Part shown: positions 1 to 11,200 of the stretch, one piece after another | How the letters are laid out: each line of letters begins with the position of its first letter | Position numbering within the stretch: position 1 is the first letter of the stretch | Assembly: GCF_018350175.1 (NCBI RefSeq) | Contig: NC_058383.1 | Span: forward strand, 22,198,001 to 22,262,000 | DNA: 64,000 nucleotides | Direction of reading: 5' to 3' | From: Felis catus | Lineage: Eukaryota | The notes under the pieces: model-generated | Told to the model about the DNA's origin: nothing | What the model saw: the letters and a program-made list of their open reading frames with translations, nothing else | Databases searched by the model: none | Translations under genes and position numbers: made by a program

Positions 1-861
1 GAATAGCGTTCATTGTTTACATTTATCCATTCTCTTCTTTACGCGCATTTGTGTCATTTCCATTTGGGGGGCTGTTAACAGAGCTGCTGTGAACACACAC
101 GGTCAAGTTATTTCCTAGTAAGATACGTGCTGATTCCAGCGTCCGTGGGGCAGCCAAGCATGTGCACCTGGGAAGCACATGCGGGGACAACTGGCATCTG
201 AGCTGGAGACAGAGGTTTGGGGGTTACAGGCATAGAGCGAGTGGTTAAAAAATGAGCTCATCAGGTAGAGAAGCAAAGCGCCAGGGCAGAAGTAGCACTG
301 CCTTTTCCAGGCCATTATCTTTCCATCATCCCAAATCCTCACCCTTTGGCCCCAGGGTTTTTTGCCCAGGCTGTCCTGACTCGAACACGTTCCCTCCTTC
401 CTCCCTGACCCTACCGTCTTCCCTGCTTTAGGACCACATCTCCCACCTTCTTGGAATCCCGAGTCAGGACCCACTCAATCCACACACTGCATTCTCCAAC
501 CTGTGAGTATCCAAATCCTGACTGTCCCTGGTCCCCAGCCCCCATTCCAGCCCTTAGGGGGACACCGCAGGTCTCAGCATGGCCGGCCAGTGAAGCACGA
601 GTGAGGGACTCACCCAGTTTCTCCGTTTGCCTTTGCTTAGTGCAAAATTTTTTTTCTGTCCCTCAAGGAGCAGCAAATGGCCAACCAGCTTCATCCCTCA
701 GTCCTGTGAGTAACCTCCCTCCTCTGAATTATGGGACCCAAACCCTCTTTCCACCCCCATCTCAACTTGCTTCTGTGACTTTTCCCATAGGTACAGGCTA
801 TAGACCTATAAAGTGTATGTTCCCCATACAAGCTACAGTGTTTGTGTCTCCCCCAACCCCC

Positions 862-1240
862 ATGTAGGCTGTAAGGTTTGGGTCCTCCCCTCCAAAATTC
901 ACACATTAAAATCCTAACCCACAAAGGTGATGGCATTAGGAGGTGGGGTTTTGGGGAAGGAATTAACTCATGAGGGTGAAGCCCTCATGGGGGGGCAGCA
1001 GTGACCTCCCTCCTAGAAGAGTCCCTCCCCCACCAAGAGCTCCATGGGTCCTTCCAGGGGGTGAGGACACAGTGAGAAGAGAGCCATCTAGGAAACAGGA
1101 ACGGGCTCCCTCACCAGAATATGACCAGGCTGCAGCTTTGATCCTGGACCTCCCAGCTTCCAGAACTGTGAGAAAAAAAGTCTCTATTGTTTAAGCCCAT
1201 GGGTTTTTTGTTGTTATAGCAGCCTGAACAGACTAAACCA
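862..1240 (+). mobile_element. MaLR solo LTR (MLT1A-like)
   Basis: Motifs ctcatgagggtgaagccctcatg, gtgaggacacagtgagaag, cttccagaactgtgagaaa and ttgttatagcagcctgaacagactaa. Confidence 0.8.
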
Positions 1241-1326
1241 GATTCTAAACTCTGGATCAGAAGTCTAATGGCCCCATCCGCCTGGTTTGCACAGTGCTGA
1301 TGTTGTTTTAATAATTTAAATTAGTT

Positions 1327-1549
1327 GGGGCGCCTGGGTGGCGCAGTCGGTTAAGCGTCCGACTTCAGTCAGGTCACGATCTCGCGGTCCGTGAGTTCGA
1401 GCCCCGTGTCGGGCTCTGGGCTGATGGCTCAGAGCCTGGAGCCTGTTTCCGATTCTGTGTCTCCCTCTCTCTCTGCCTCTCCCCCGTTCATGCTCTGTCT
1501 CTCTCTGTCCCAAAAATAAATAAACGTTGAAAAAAAAAATTAAAAAAAA
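1327..1549 (+). mobile_element. Young felid Can-SINE (SINEC_Fc type)
   Basis: GGGGCGCCTGGGTGGCGCAGTCGGTTAAGCG head, CpGs retained, (CT)n, AATAAA tail, TSD about aataat(t)taaattagtt. Confidence 0.95.
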
Positions 1550-2349
1550 TAATTAAATTAGTTGACAACTGTTGAAAATCAGATGTTCTATAAAAACCCA
1601 TATTTGCAGCTTCTTTCAGGGAAGTAAATATGGCCACATGGGGCCCCATCCAGCAAGGCATAGTGTTTTTAGATAGGACATGTTCTCTCCAGTTTCCCAC
1701 AGTCCCCACCATGCCCTATTGTACGACACCAAGCTTTTTTCCCTCCTTGTTTCCTGCCTGGCTCCTGAAAGCATTTGGGTTTGTGACCCCCTATACGGTG
1801 AGCCTGTGGAGGACAAGAAGCCCATTCTGGGTCTCCTCTGAAAGTCCCATGATCCCCAGGAGCCCCAGGCCTAGCAGGTACTTTGTCAAAGAGCAAAACT
1901 TTTTAAATTGAGGCCCAAATTAAAATTAGCCCCTATCCTTCCGGGTTGGATATGTCTTCAGATACAGGAGTACACTAAGAGTTGTCTTTTCATGTCTGCA
2001 ATTTAGAGCCCTAGAATCCAGCACTCAAAGGGAAAGCAAACTGACCACGCGTCTGAGCAAGAAGCCTGCCTCCTTCCAAACTGTGCTGGAGGGCAGCAGA
2101 GGCGTCTCGGCGGCCGGCACCCAGGGCTCCAATTCAGATGATGAGTGCCTCCCCTGGCTTAACCTACAGACTCCACTGTCACCCCCACCCCTATAAGGAG
2201 CTCCGGAGGGGCACCCCGGGAGCAGCAGCAGAGGCGAGGCCTCAGGAGGCTTGGAGATCCTTCCTAATCCTCAAGCGGCCCTTCCAAAGCTCCGAAGGAA
2301 CACGTTCTGAGCTTTATTTATTCCAAGGGGGAAGGTGACGATGGCAACA

Positions 2350-2570
2350 GTGGCCTGACATTTATATGCTATGACGTGCCAGACATCGTTCTAAACGCAT
2401 TATCGCATTCGATCCTCACATAACCTTGGAAGCTAAGAAGTGTTGTCATTCTCCCATTGTACAGATGGGGAAACAAAGGCTCACAGTTAAAGTAACTTGC
2501 CTGCAGTCACCCAGCGAGAAAAGTGGCAGAGTTGGATTCAAATCCGAGCAGCCTGGCCCTTGAACCACTC
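2350..2570 (-). mobile_element. MIR
   Basis: Core cccattgtacagatggggaaacaaaggctca...aagtaacttgcc...gtcacccagc. Confidence 0.7.
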
Positions 2571-2621
2571 GAACGGAGCCAGGCTTCCCACTGCACCCAC
2601 AAGGCCCAGGTGTCCCTCCAA

Positions 2622-2674
2622 CCCCCCCCGCCCCCCCCGCCCCCACCCCCCCCCCCCCCCCCACCCCCCCCGCC
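2622..2674. repeat. Interrupted poly-C tract (poly-G on the gene strand)
   Basis: About 53 bp of C with single g/a interruptions; explains the poly-Pro and poly-Gly pseudo-ORFs. Confidence 0.9.
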
Positions 2675-2699
2675 ACCGGCACTGTCCTCTCCACACCTG

Positions 2700-3095
2700 A
2701 GGCTCCTTACGGCTCACACCTGCAGTTCTGCCTGTGGGTTCATTTCTTGGTTGCAGGAGCAAGTGGAACCCACAGGCAGGGCGAGCGGCAAATGCTGGCC
2801 GTTAATGCCACTGAACGCAGCCGCTAGCCAGCGGCAGAAGTTGAGCCGGTGGATAATAACTACTGCAGTTTCGCGTCCCCCACATGGGACCCCGTGAGGC
2901 ACACGTTGAGCTTCTCTGACGAGTCAAATCCCAGCGGCCCACAGCGCTGACCTGCTTCACGACACACACTTTCCCGGCCTCCTGCCTTCCCAGCGTCTCC
3001 TCCCCGCTCGTCCGTGATGCTTCCCAGGATCACTTCCTGAAGAAACTACTCGTGCTTGAATCTTTTACGGGCTGCTTCTGGGGAAAACTCAACCC
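2700..3095 (+). mobile_element. Degenerate ERVL-type LTR (LTR16-like)
   Basis: 3' end ggatcacttcctgaagaaactact...ctgcttctgggggaaaactcaacc resembles LTR16-family ends. Confidence 0.45.
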
Positions 3096-5422
3096 GGGAT
3101 GATGACCAGCGATGGGATGTGAGAAAGTTGCTTAGCCTGTCTGGGCCTCAGTTTCCTCATTTGTACACCAAAAATGGGGGTGCTCATAGTATCTCCCATT
3201 CGGGGGTGTGGTGAGGAGTAACTCAGTTAATATTCCGCAGCACTTAAAATAATAAAGGGCACACGGTAGGCATTTTGTTACATAAGAAAATCCCAAGACC
3301 ATCAGAAAACCCATTCTGAACCGTCCAAAGTGGAGTTCTCCCTTCTCTGGCCCATAGGCAAGCCCGTGGTCAGACACAAGGCCCCCAGGCTGAGCCGACT
3401 CGGACGTTCTGAAATACACCCCAGGCGGTAACTGCACTGAGCTCACCCTACCGTGAAATTCTATTACCCCAACTCCAGCAGCTCGATTTTACCATCACTC
3501 AGAATTTCTCCAGATAAGAGGCTTGAAAGTAATTTCTGAGTCATTCTGGGTGCTAATTGCTTATTGCGTAGGGATTACATTTCTCACGTTCAAGGTCAAC
3601 TGAAATTTCTCTATGTGTCTGAGAATAATTTTCGGTCTGTTGGAAGCATTTTTTTTTTTAATCAACAACTGTGGTATGGGGCAATTATAATTCAGGCATA
3701 AACAAGCGTTTGCAGGCTCTTGCTAGAAATAAACGGATGCGTTTTGTTGCACGCAGATAAAGCAGCCCTGTACTTCATGCCAATAACTGGCCCCAACAAA
3801 TGCCATGTTCATGTAGGAACTGTTTTCTCTGATGTCCTGAAATGTCACCCCGGCTGCCCTAGGATGGAAGAGATCATTTTGCAAACTGAGACTTTATTTT
3901 ATGTGAGAAAATAGTGGCCTTTTTTTTTTTTTTTTTTTGTCCCCACAACAGTACATTTTTGACACGGCAGCAAATGGGCACACCTTCATCCAAAAGCTGA
4001 GGGAAAGCGATGGAAGGTGTTCTCTGGAAGGGTGAGTCAAGTGTCCAGCTGTTGGCCCTGCTGCGTGGGAAGTCCTTTTACCAGCTCATATGGGCTTGAG
4101 CCGGCTCCACGGCAATAACCTTCACTTATCAAGTTCACTGGAGAGTGACCGATAAGCCCAAGGCCCGTGTGTTTGTCCCACTAGTTTCCAGGAAGGGATA
4201 TTCCCTTCCCCCTGGGTCAGACCCATCACCATAGTCTAGTGTTGTGGAGGGCACAAGAGTCAATACTTAAATGCTATTTCTGTCAAGTTGAGGGGGAAAT
4301 TAAGGTAGATCTTGGGACAAATGCCAAAATCCTTGCCAAGGCCAGCAGTCCTTCTACTGTGATCACCAGCTACTTCCTTAGTCTTACCTTGAACTCATCC
4401 ATTGTTCTCTCTCCTCCACCCACACTGGCCTTTAAATTTCACACAGTTGCCATGTAACCCCACCACCACAGGGCCTTTGCACATGCTGTCCTCTCTGAAT
4501 GGACTTTTCTTTTGCCTCTCTATTCAGTTAACTTGCACTGTTGATGCCTCAATGACACCTTCCCTGTCCTCTGAGACAAAGTTACATCTCCCTCGTAGAT
4601 GTTCTCAAAGTAACATGGACCTCTATTTCACAGAACTTTACCTGGTCACAATTTTTTTTTATTTGCCTGTGTGATTACTTGATGAACAAATGATAGTGAT
4701 CTAATTCATTTTAGCTATTTTATTCATTTTTCTTTGGATTTAGCAGGCCACCACTGTTTATCTAGAATTGATGATTTCCCATCAGACTCAGTATATTGAG
4801 TTTGTGCAAACAAAATAATGTGTTTTCCCTTCTGAAACTACTTTAAAATCATTCAATACATATGTAATGAAATAACTCAAATCCATCTTCCCCGAAACAT
4901 TTTCTTTGTAAAACTGGAATGTGTCCTACACATCTGCTCCTCTCACGTAGCTGAAAATGGGGTTTACTGGCCCCACAGAAGGGAGGGGGCTCAGCTAAGG
5001 TAAATGTAGAGGCAGCACTCTAGTCCAAGGTTACGGCCAAGGGCTCTTCATCTTTGGAAGATACACCTACGAGCATTTCATGAAGTCACTAGCACAAACA
5101 AGTCCATTTGTTAACAGTACAGCACCATCCCGCCAATAGATCCAAACCCAGATTCTATCCCTCAGCAAGCCTAGTTGATTCAGCCTCCAAAATATATCAC
5201 TTCTCAGTCCACTTCGTTCATTTACCATTACTACCGTCCCGGTCCAAGCTACCATCACAATGACTCAAGGAGCAAATGAGCGCTTTCGAGGAGAAGTCTA
5301 AATGTAAATGAGGACAGGGAGGTGGGAACGGCTTCACAAAACAGGGTACGTTTGGCTGGGGTTTTGCAGGATACATAGGAGTTTTCTGGGAGGCGGAATA
5401 ATACTGCAAAGGCACAGAGTCA

Positions 5423-5707
<285 letters not shown>

Positions 5708-5750
5708 CTACCTTAAAAAACGTGTTGAGGGTTTTTTCTTTTGGGGAGTG

Positions 5751-5789
5751 AGTGTGCGTGCGTGCGTGTGTGTGTGTGTGTGTGTGTGT
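5751..5789. repeat. (TGCG)n(TG)n microsatellite about 140 bp upstream of the exon 8 acceptor
   Basis: Read directly. Confidence 0.9.
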
Positions 5790-6260
5790 ACATGCATGCA
5801 TGTCTGTAGCCAGGCATGCTGTATTTTTGTCACTATTCCACAGATATCAGAAAAAATGAATATACTGTGTTTATAAGATGCAAACTTCTGGCTGACTCTG
5901 CCTCTCTCTCCACATGCACATACTTTCTCCACCAAGTGCTTTCCCATTCTGAAAGAATGCTACGAAGATCTCCCATGGTCGATGGATTCTTATCACGTTC
6001 TCCCAGCATCCTGGCACTCACTCAGCAGCATTTGGATGACTACAGACTTGTCTCCATGACGCTGTTTTCTCTGCAGATGCCTTCCTAAAGTGCCCTGTAT
6101 TAACCTCTTGAGAAACGGCATCCCTCAGTGGGTAAGTACGCAAGCCCCTGGTCAAAGTCTGCCTGGGTCCAAATCTCACCTCTGCCTTTGCCTCCCTGGG
6201 TCATTGGATAAGCTGGCTAGGCCCTCTAAGCCTCGATCTTTCTCATCTATAATTGGAACA

Positions 6261-6482
6261 GGGGCACCTGGGTGGCCCAGCCGGTTAAGCATCTGACTCT
6301 TTATTTCAGCTCAGGTCATGATCTCACAGATTGTGAGTTCGAGCCCCGCATCGGGCTCTGCACTGACAGCGTGGAGCCTGCTTGGGATTCTCTCTCTCTC
6401 CACCCCCGCCCCTGCCTCTCCCCAACTCGAGTTCTCTCCTCTCTCTTGAAATAAACAAATAAACATTTAAAATAAATAAGTA
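6261..6482 (+). mobile_element. Can-SINE inserted in a MIR
   Basis: tRNA-derived head, (CT)n, A-rich tail, TSD aattggaaca. Confidence 0.92.
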
Positions 6483-6505
6483 AATTGGAACAAAAGTCTT
6501 TTTCA

Positions 6506-6600
6506 GGGGCGCCTCGTTGGCACAGCTGCAAGAGCATGTGAGTCTTGATCTCAGGGTCATGAGTTTGAGCCCCATGTTAAGCACGGAGATTACTTAAAAA
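6506..6600 (+). mobile_element. Short old tRNA-like Can-SINE lacking the CT segment
   Basis: ggggcgcctcgttggcacag...gagtttgagccccatg...gagattacttaaaaa. Confidence 0.75.
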
Positions 6601-8267
6601 AAATCTTTCACGGGATTATTGTCAAGCTGAGATACGGTGACTCATGTAAAATGATAAGCATAGTGCTTGGCATTTAGCAAGAGATAAAAGAAATCATCAT
6701 CATCATTACTGATATTGACATTATCCTAATAAACAAGATGGCTTCAGTAGGCTTTTGACCTCAAAGATCTTTCTGTCTACTCAAAGGGTAACACGAGAGT
6801 GAGGAAGGAGAAGGAACCTTCCAAAGATATTTGAGTCACGGCGCGGGGGGAACCCACCTCACTCCCAAAGAAAGACTTCCTAACCCCAGTTCACAATTTT
6901 CATGACGACTTTTCCTCCACTCACAAACCTTCCTCAGCAGCTTCTAAAAATAGGAGGAGAGGTGATTCAAAGCAGAGGGGACTAGTTGAGCCTTTAGGCC
7001 TCCACGTTTAATATTCAATTACCTTCTTCCCAGTTTCCACTGAAATGACCAAAAGAAATGCAAACGTAGGAGAACAACTGTATCTTTGCTGGCAATCAAG
7101 GGTGCCATCCACACAGCAGAGACGTCTAGGAATTCCCACAAATTAAAGTCATAGTAAGAGAACATGAAGCAGTGGTTGGCAAACATTATTGGCCTTTGTG
7201 AATTTTCCTAGTCTAGATATTATGGTCAGCTTGATGTTTTTCATTATATCATTCCTTTTTAAAAGGATAAATACACTTCAAGAAGGAAGCCAATGGGTTA
7301 CAAGTAAAGGAACTATAGAAGAGTAAATGTATGCAAATCAAAGTTACACAAGTCCTAGCAGATGGCCTGGTTTATCAGAGGCTCTGAGCCTAATGCCTGG
7401 ACCTCTTTGTTAACATAAGAGTTCAGCCAGCAGCAAGAGTTAAAGAATGTTAAGGGTACGGCAACAATGTTAAGGGACTCTCTCTTTGTGGTTAATCTGA
7501 AGGTTTGAAGGAGCGCTGGCCAAAGAACAGCTTGGTCAGGGTGCAACTCAGTATTACCAATGCCCAACCATGAGCCATCCAAACCGTGTACAGTCTAAGC
7601 CACTTTGGAAACTACAGATCAAGCTGTGACCAGTCAATGGGACCTCTGACTGAACCCCACTAACAACCCTGGGCCAGACCACAGGGACTGGATGACAGTC
7701 ACCAATTCTGGTCCATAGTCAGGAAGCATGGGATGCATCAAAGTGCCCTGTAGACAGTATGCTGTCACTATTGCCACTGATCAAGGACGCTGTACCTGTG
7801 AGAAAAGGAAAGGAGGGATCCCTTCCAACTTGGAGTTGCACAAAACCAGCAGGGGAAATGCCCCCCTCTAGAGCAGGAAGGCTGCCTACTGGGTAGCTGT
7901 CTCCAGCAGTGGATCTCTCAAAAATAGCCACAGGGAACAGGATCCCTGTTCTGACAAGGAGAAGTTCCAAAACATTCCAAAGACCCCTTTCTCCCTTCAT
8001 CTGAATTTGAAAAATTAGAACTGAGAAACTCATCATTCCTGTGCTCATCAGTCTACAAGGATGGGCAGATATAAAAAATTAACAGGATATATGAAAAACT
8101 CATTCAAATAGAAACAATGAGAAATCGGGTAAGTACCTCCCATGAAACAGAACTATTGCCAAAAGAGAGAAAATTCTAAAAAATATCTGGTTTGTACTTT
8201 CAATGAGATTCAAGAGGCTAAGTCATCTCTGAAAAGGGAACCATGGGAGATTAGAAAAGGCTACTTT

Positions 8268-8495
8268 CTTTTTTTTTTTTTAATTTTTTTTTCAACGTTT
8301 ATTTATTTTGGGGACAGAGAGAGACAGAGCATGAACGGGGGAGGGGCAGAGAGAGAGGGAGACACAGAATCGGAAACAGGCTCCAGGCTCTGAGCCATCA
8401 GCCCAGAGCCTGATGCGGGGCTAGAACTCACGGACTGCGAGATCGTGACCTGGCTGAAGTCAGACGCTTAACCGACTGTGCCACCCAGGCGCCCC
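8268..8495 (-). mobile_element. Young felid Can-SINE
   Basis: Perfect 16-bp TSD tagaaaaggctacttt (8252-8267 and 8496-8511). Confidence 0.96.
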
Positions 8496-8697
8496 TAGAA
8501 AAGGCTACTTTCAAAAGAAAAATATAATTACTAAATTTAAAAATCCACTGGAAACAATGAACACTAGGATGGATAATTCAGATAACAATTAGGAAATTAG
8601 AAGACAAACCTGACAATTTTTTCTGGCAATTAAGGCTAATATTTATATATTGATTAGGGCTGAAGTGAATGCTTAATATACCATTAAGAAAAATTCA

Positions 8698-8921
8698 GGG
8701 CACGTGGGTGGCTCAGTCAGTTGAGCATCCAACTCTTGATTTTGACTCAAGTCATGATCTCATAGTTTGTGAGATCGAGCCCCATGTCGGGCTCTGTGCT
8801 GACAGTGTGGGGCCTGCTTGAGATTCTTTCTCTCCCTCTCCCTCTCCCCCCACCGGCCCCACCCCACACTCACTCTCTCTCCCTCTCTGTCTTAAAAATA
8901 AATAAATAAACGTAAAAAAAA
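8698..8921 (+). mobile_element. Can-SINE
   Basis: gggcacgtgggtggctcagtcagttgagc head, (CT)n and A tail. Confidence 0.9.
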
Positions 8922-9784
8922 GAAAAATGCATCTCACCAAAATTAACATACAACATGAAAGGAAGGAATACCACAACATATATACCAAGAAACACATATT
9001 ATATGATCCATCTTATATAAAAAGTTCTTATAATTCAATAAGAAAATGAGAGGCAAAAATCAGGACACAGCCATTTGTAAATACAAACAAATGGCAATAT
9101 ACAAATGAAACTATTCCACATGATTAGTAACGAAGTATGTATGATAATGAGTATTATGTAAATATGTATAATTAGTCACAAAATATGTATAATCCTTGCA
9201 TTATATCTTTGAAATTTACAATGCCAGGTGTTGACAAGTGTGGGTGAAATGAGAAGCATCACACAGCACTGGTGAGAATGTAAATTGAAAAAAATTGCAG
9301 AACAGTTTGGCGAACGCTTTAATAATACATATGTTCTCAAAGCCATCAATTCCAGGATTAGAGATGCCTTAGGAAATAATGAAAGCTGTGCATAAAGGTT
9401 TTGCTGCAAGGGTTTTTGCTGTAGAATTATTTACATAGGTAAGCATTACACATCTTATAGTAAGGAAATAATTCTGTAAGTGGAGGCAGATCTGTAGAAT
9501 GGACCACAGGAAATGATGTTGCCCAAGACGAGTGACTTATAGGGAGAAGTGTTCATTACACATGGTTAGGTGAAAAATGCAAAAGCTGCTAAACACTATG
9601 TCCAAGAAGATTTCATTTGTGCTTCATACACACACACGTGAGCACAGACACATGCACAATCACATGTACACAATACAGACACACAGAGAAGAACCTCTTA
9701 ATCAGTAGTGATTATTCCTGGGCAGTGGGATTCTGGATAATATTTTTTTCTTATTTATATTTTTCTAATAATTATTCAATTTAT

Positions 9785-10005
9785 AATAACCACTAACACT
9801 TACTGAGTGCTTACTATTCAGCAGACACTGGGCACTTCACTGATATTAATTATTTTAGTATTATAGCACTCCTAGGACATAATTACCACTATTATCTCCA
9901 AATGAGGAACGGAGTCAGAGAGGCAAAGTAAGTTGCCCAAGAGTGCACAGCGAGAAAATGATGGGAGCAGAGATGTTAACCCAGGAAGTCTGATTCCAAA
10001 GCCTT
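9785..10005 (-). mobile_element. MIR
   Basis: acttactgagtgcttact...agagaggcaaagtaagttgcccaag...aacccaggaagtctgattccaaagcc. Confidence 0.7.
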
Positions 10006-10132
10006 AGTGTTTTGTTTTGGGTTTTTTTTTTTTTCAAAAGAAAAATAATAAGCCAAATGACATTATTAGTAACACCAAAAGAAAGCTTAAAGAACATAAT
10101 TTTAAGGTAACAATGATATAATAGTTGTCTGA

Positions 10133-10355
10133 GGAAGGAGGAGAAGGAGAAGGAGAAAGAGAAGGAGAAGGAGAAGGAGAAGAAGAAGAAGAAGAAGGTT
10201 GGACCCTGTGCTGACAGCTCAGAGCCTGGAGCCTGCTTCAGATTCTATCTGTCTCTCTCTCTGCCCCTGCCCCACTCACACTCTGTGTCTCTCTCTCGAA
10301 AATAAACATTAAAATGTTTTTAAAAAGGAGAAGAAAAGGAAGAAGAAGAAGGAAA
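10133..10355 (+). repeat. (GAAGGA)n/(GAA)n purine repeat interrupted by a 5'-truncated Can-SINE (about 10198-10325)
   Basis: Read directly; the SINE starts at ctgtgctgacagctcagagcc and lacks the tRNA head. Confidence 0.85.
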
Positions 10356-10639
10356 GAATGAAATAGGATGGAAAAAAACCCTCAGAATCAGAAACACCAT
10401 GATGGAAATACGGCAATTATGACCATAAACATTAAAACGTTTCCCTATGGAAAAGAAGAAAGACTTTCAGATTCGGGGTTTGTTTTGTTTTGTTTTGTTT
10501 TGTTTTATGTCCAAGAACACACTGCTTGCTATACCAAACAAAAGGACTCAGATTAAGCAGAAGAAAACACACAGGGTCCATGAGGTAAGCTGTATTCACC
10601 ACTCTGCAACCAAAGGTGGCAGGTTAAAAGGTAAATCAG

Positions 10640-11200
10640 ATGTCCTCATTTCTTGGCTTCTCAACTTACTCCTGTGGGCAGAAGACAAAGTTCCTAAAAG
10701 GCCCCCATGGTATCTGCCAAGCATTCCCCCCGATCCTGCTAGTCCTTGTCCCCCACCACTACCCTGTTTTCAGATCCAGCTTCGGCCACATAGGTCACTT
10801 CTCTGCCCCTCAAGCCTGCTAGGGATGCTCCTGCCTCAGGGCCTTTGCACTTGCTGTTCCCACCATCTGGGACAATCCCTTTCTAGACCTCCACATGTTC
10901 ACTCCCTCACCCCCCCTTCAGGCCTTAGCCATATGTCACCTTTTCAGTGTGTCCTTTCCTGGGAACTGTATTAAATAAATCAGATTATCACCACTGCCTG
11001 GCATTCCCTATCCTTGTTTCTTGTTGACTTTTCTCTATAGCATTTGTCAGCCTCAAATGTGCTATTTTTTACTACTCATCTTTAAAACCTTTGTATATTG
11101 TTCTCCAGGTAAAAAGAAAACTCTGTGAACACAAAGATTCTTGCCTGTTTGCTCACCAAACTCTCCTCAGTATATAGGTACTCGTGATGTATATCCACTG
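10640..11200 (+). mobile_element. L2 3' fragment
   Basis: cctcagggcctttgcacttgctgttccc and a terminal tataggtactc...gaagaaatg. Confidence 0.6.

Noticed and set aside
2446..2897. Poly-Pro and poly-Gly ORFs
   Set aside because: Translations of the poly-C tract and MIR; no coding context.
3132..3446. Minus-strand ORF containing FLMVLG, identical to the PKC-beta kinase N-lobe (FNFLMVLGKGSFG)
   Set aside because: No GKGSFGK follows, the flanks are unrelated and partly MIR, and about one 6-aa match to a ~670-aa protein is expected by chance across six frames of 64 kb. It is not exon 9.
6506..6600. Functional tRNA gene
   Set aside because: Degenerate A/B boxes, A-rich tail and TSD indicate a tRNA-derived SINE.
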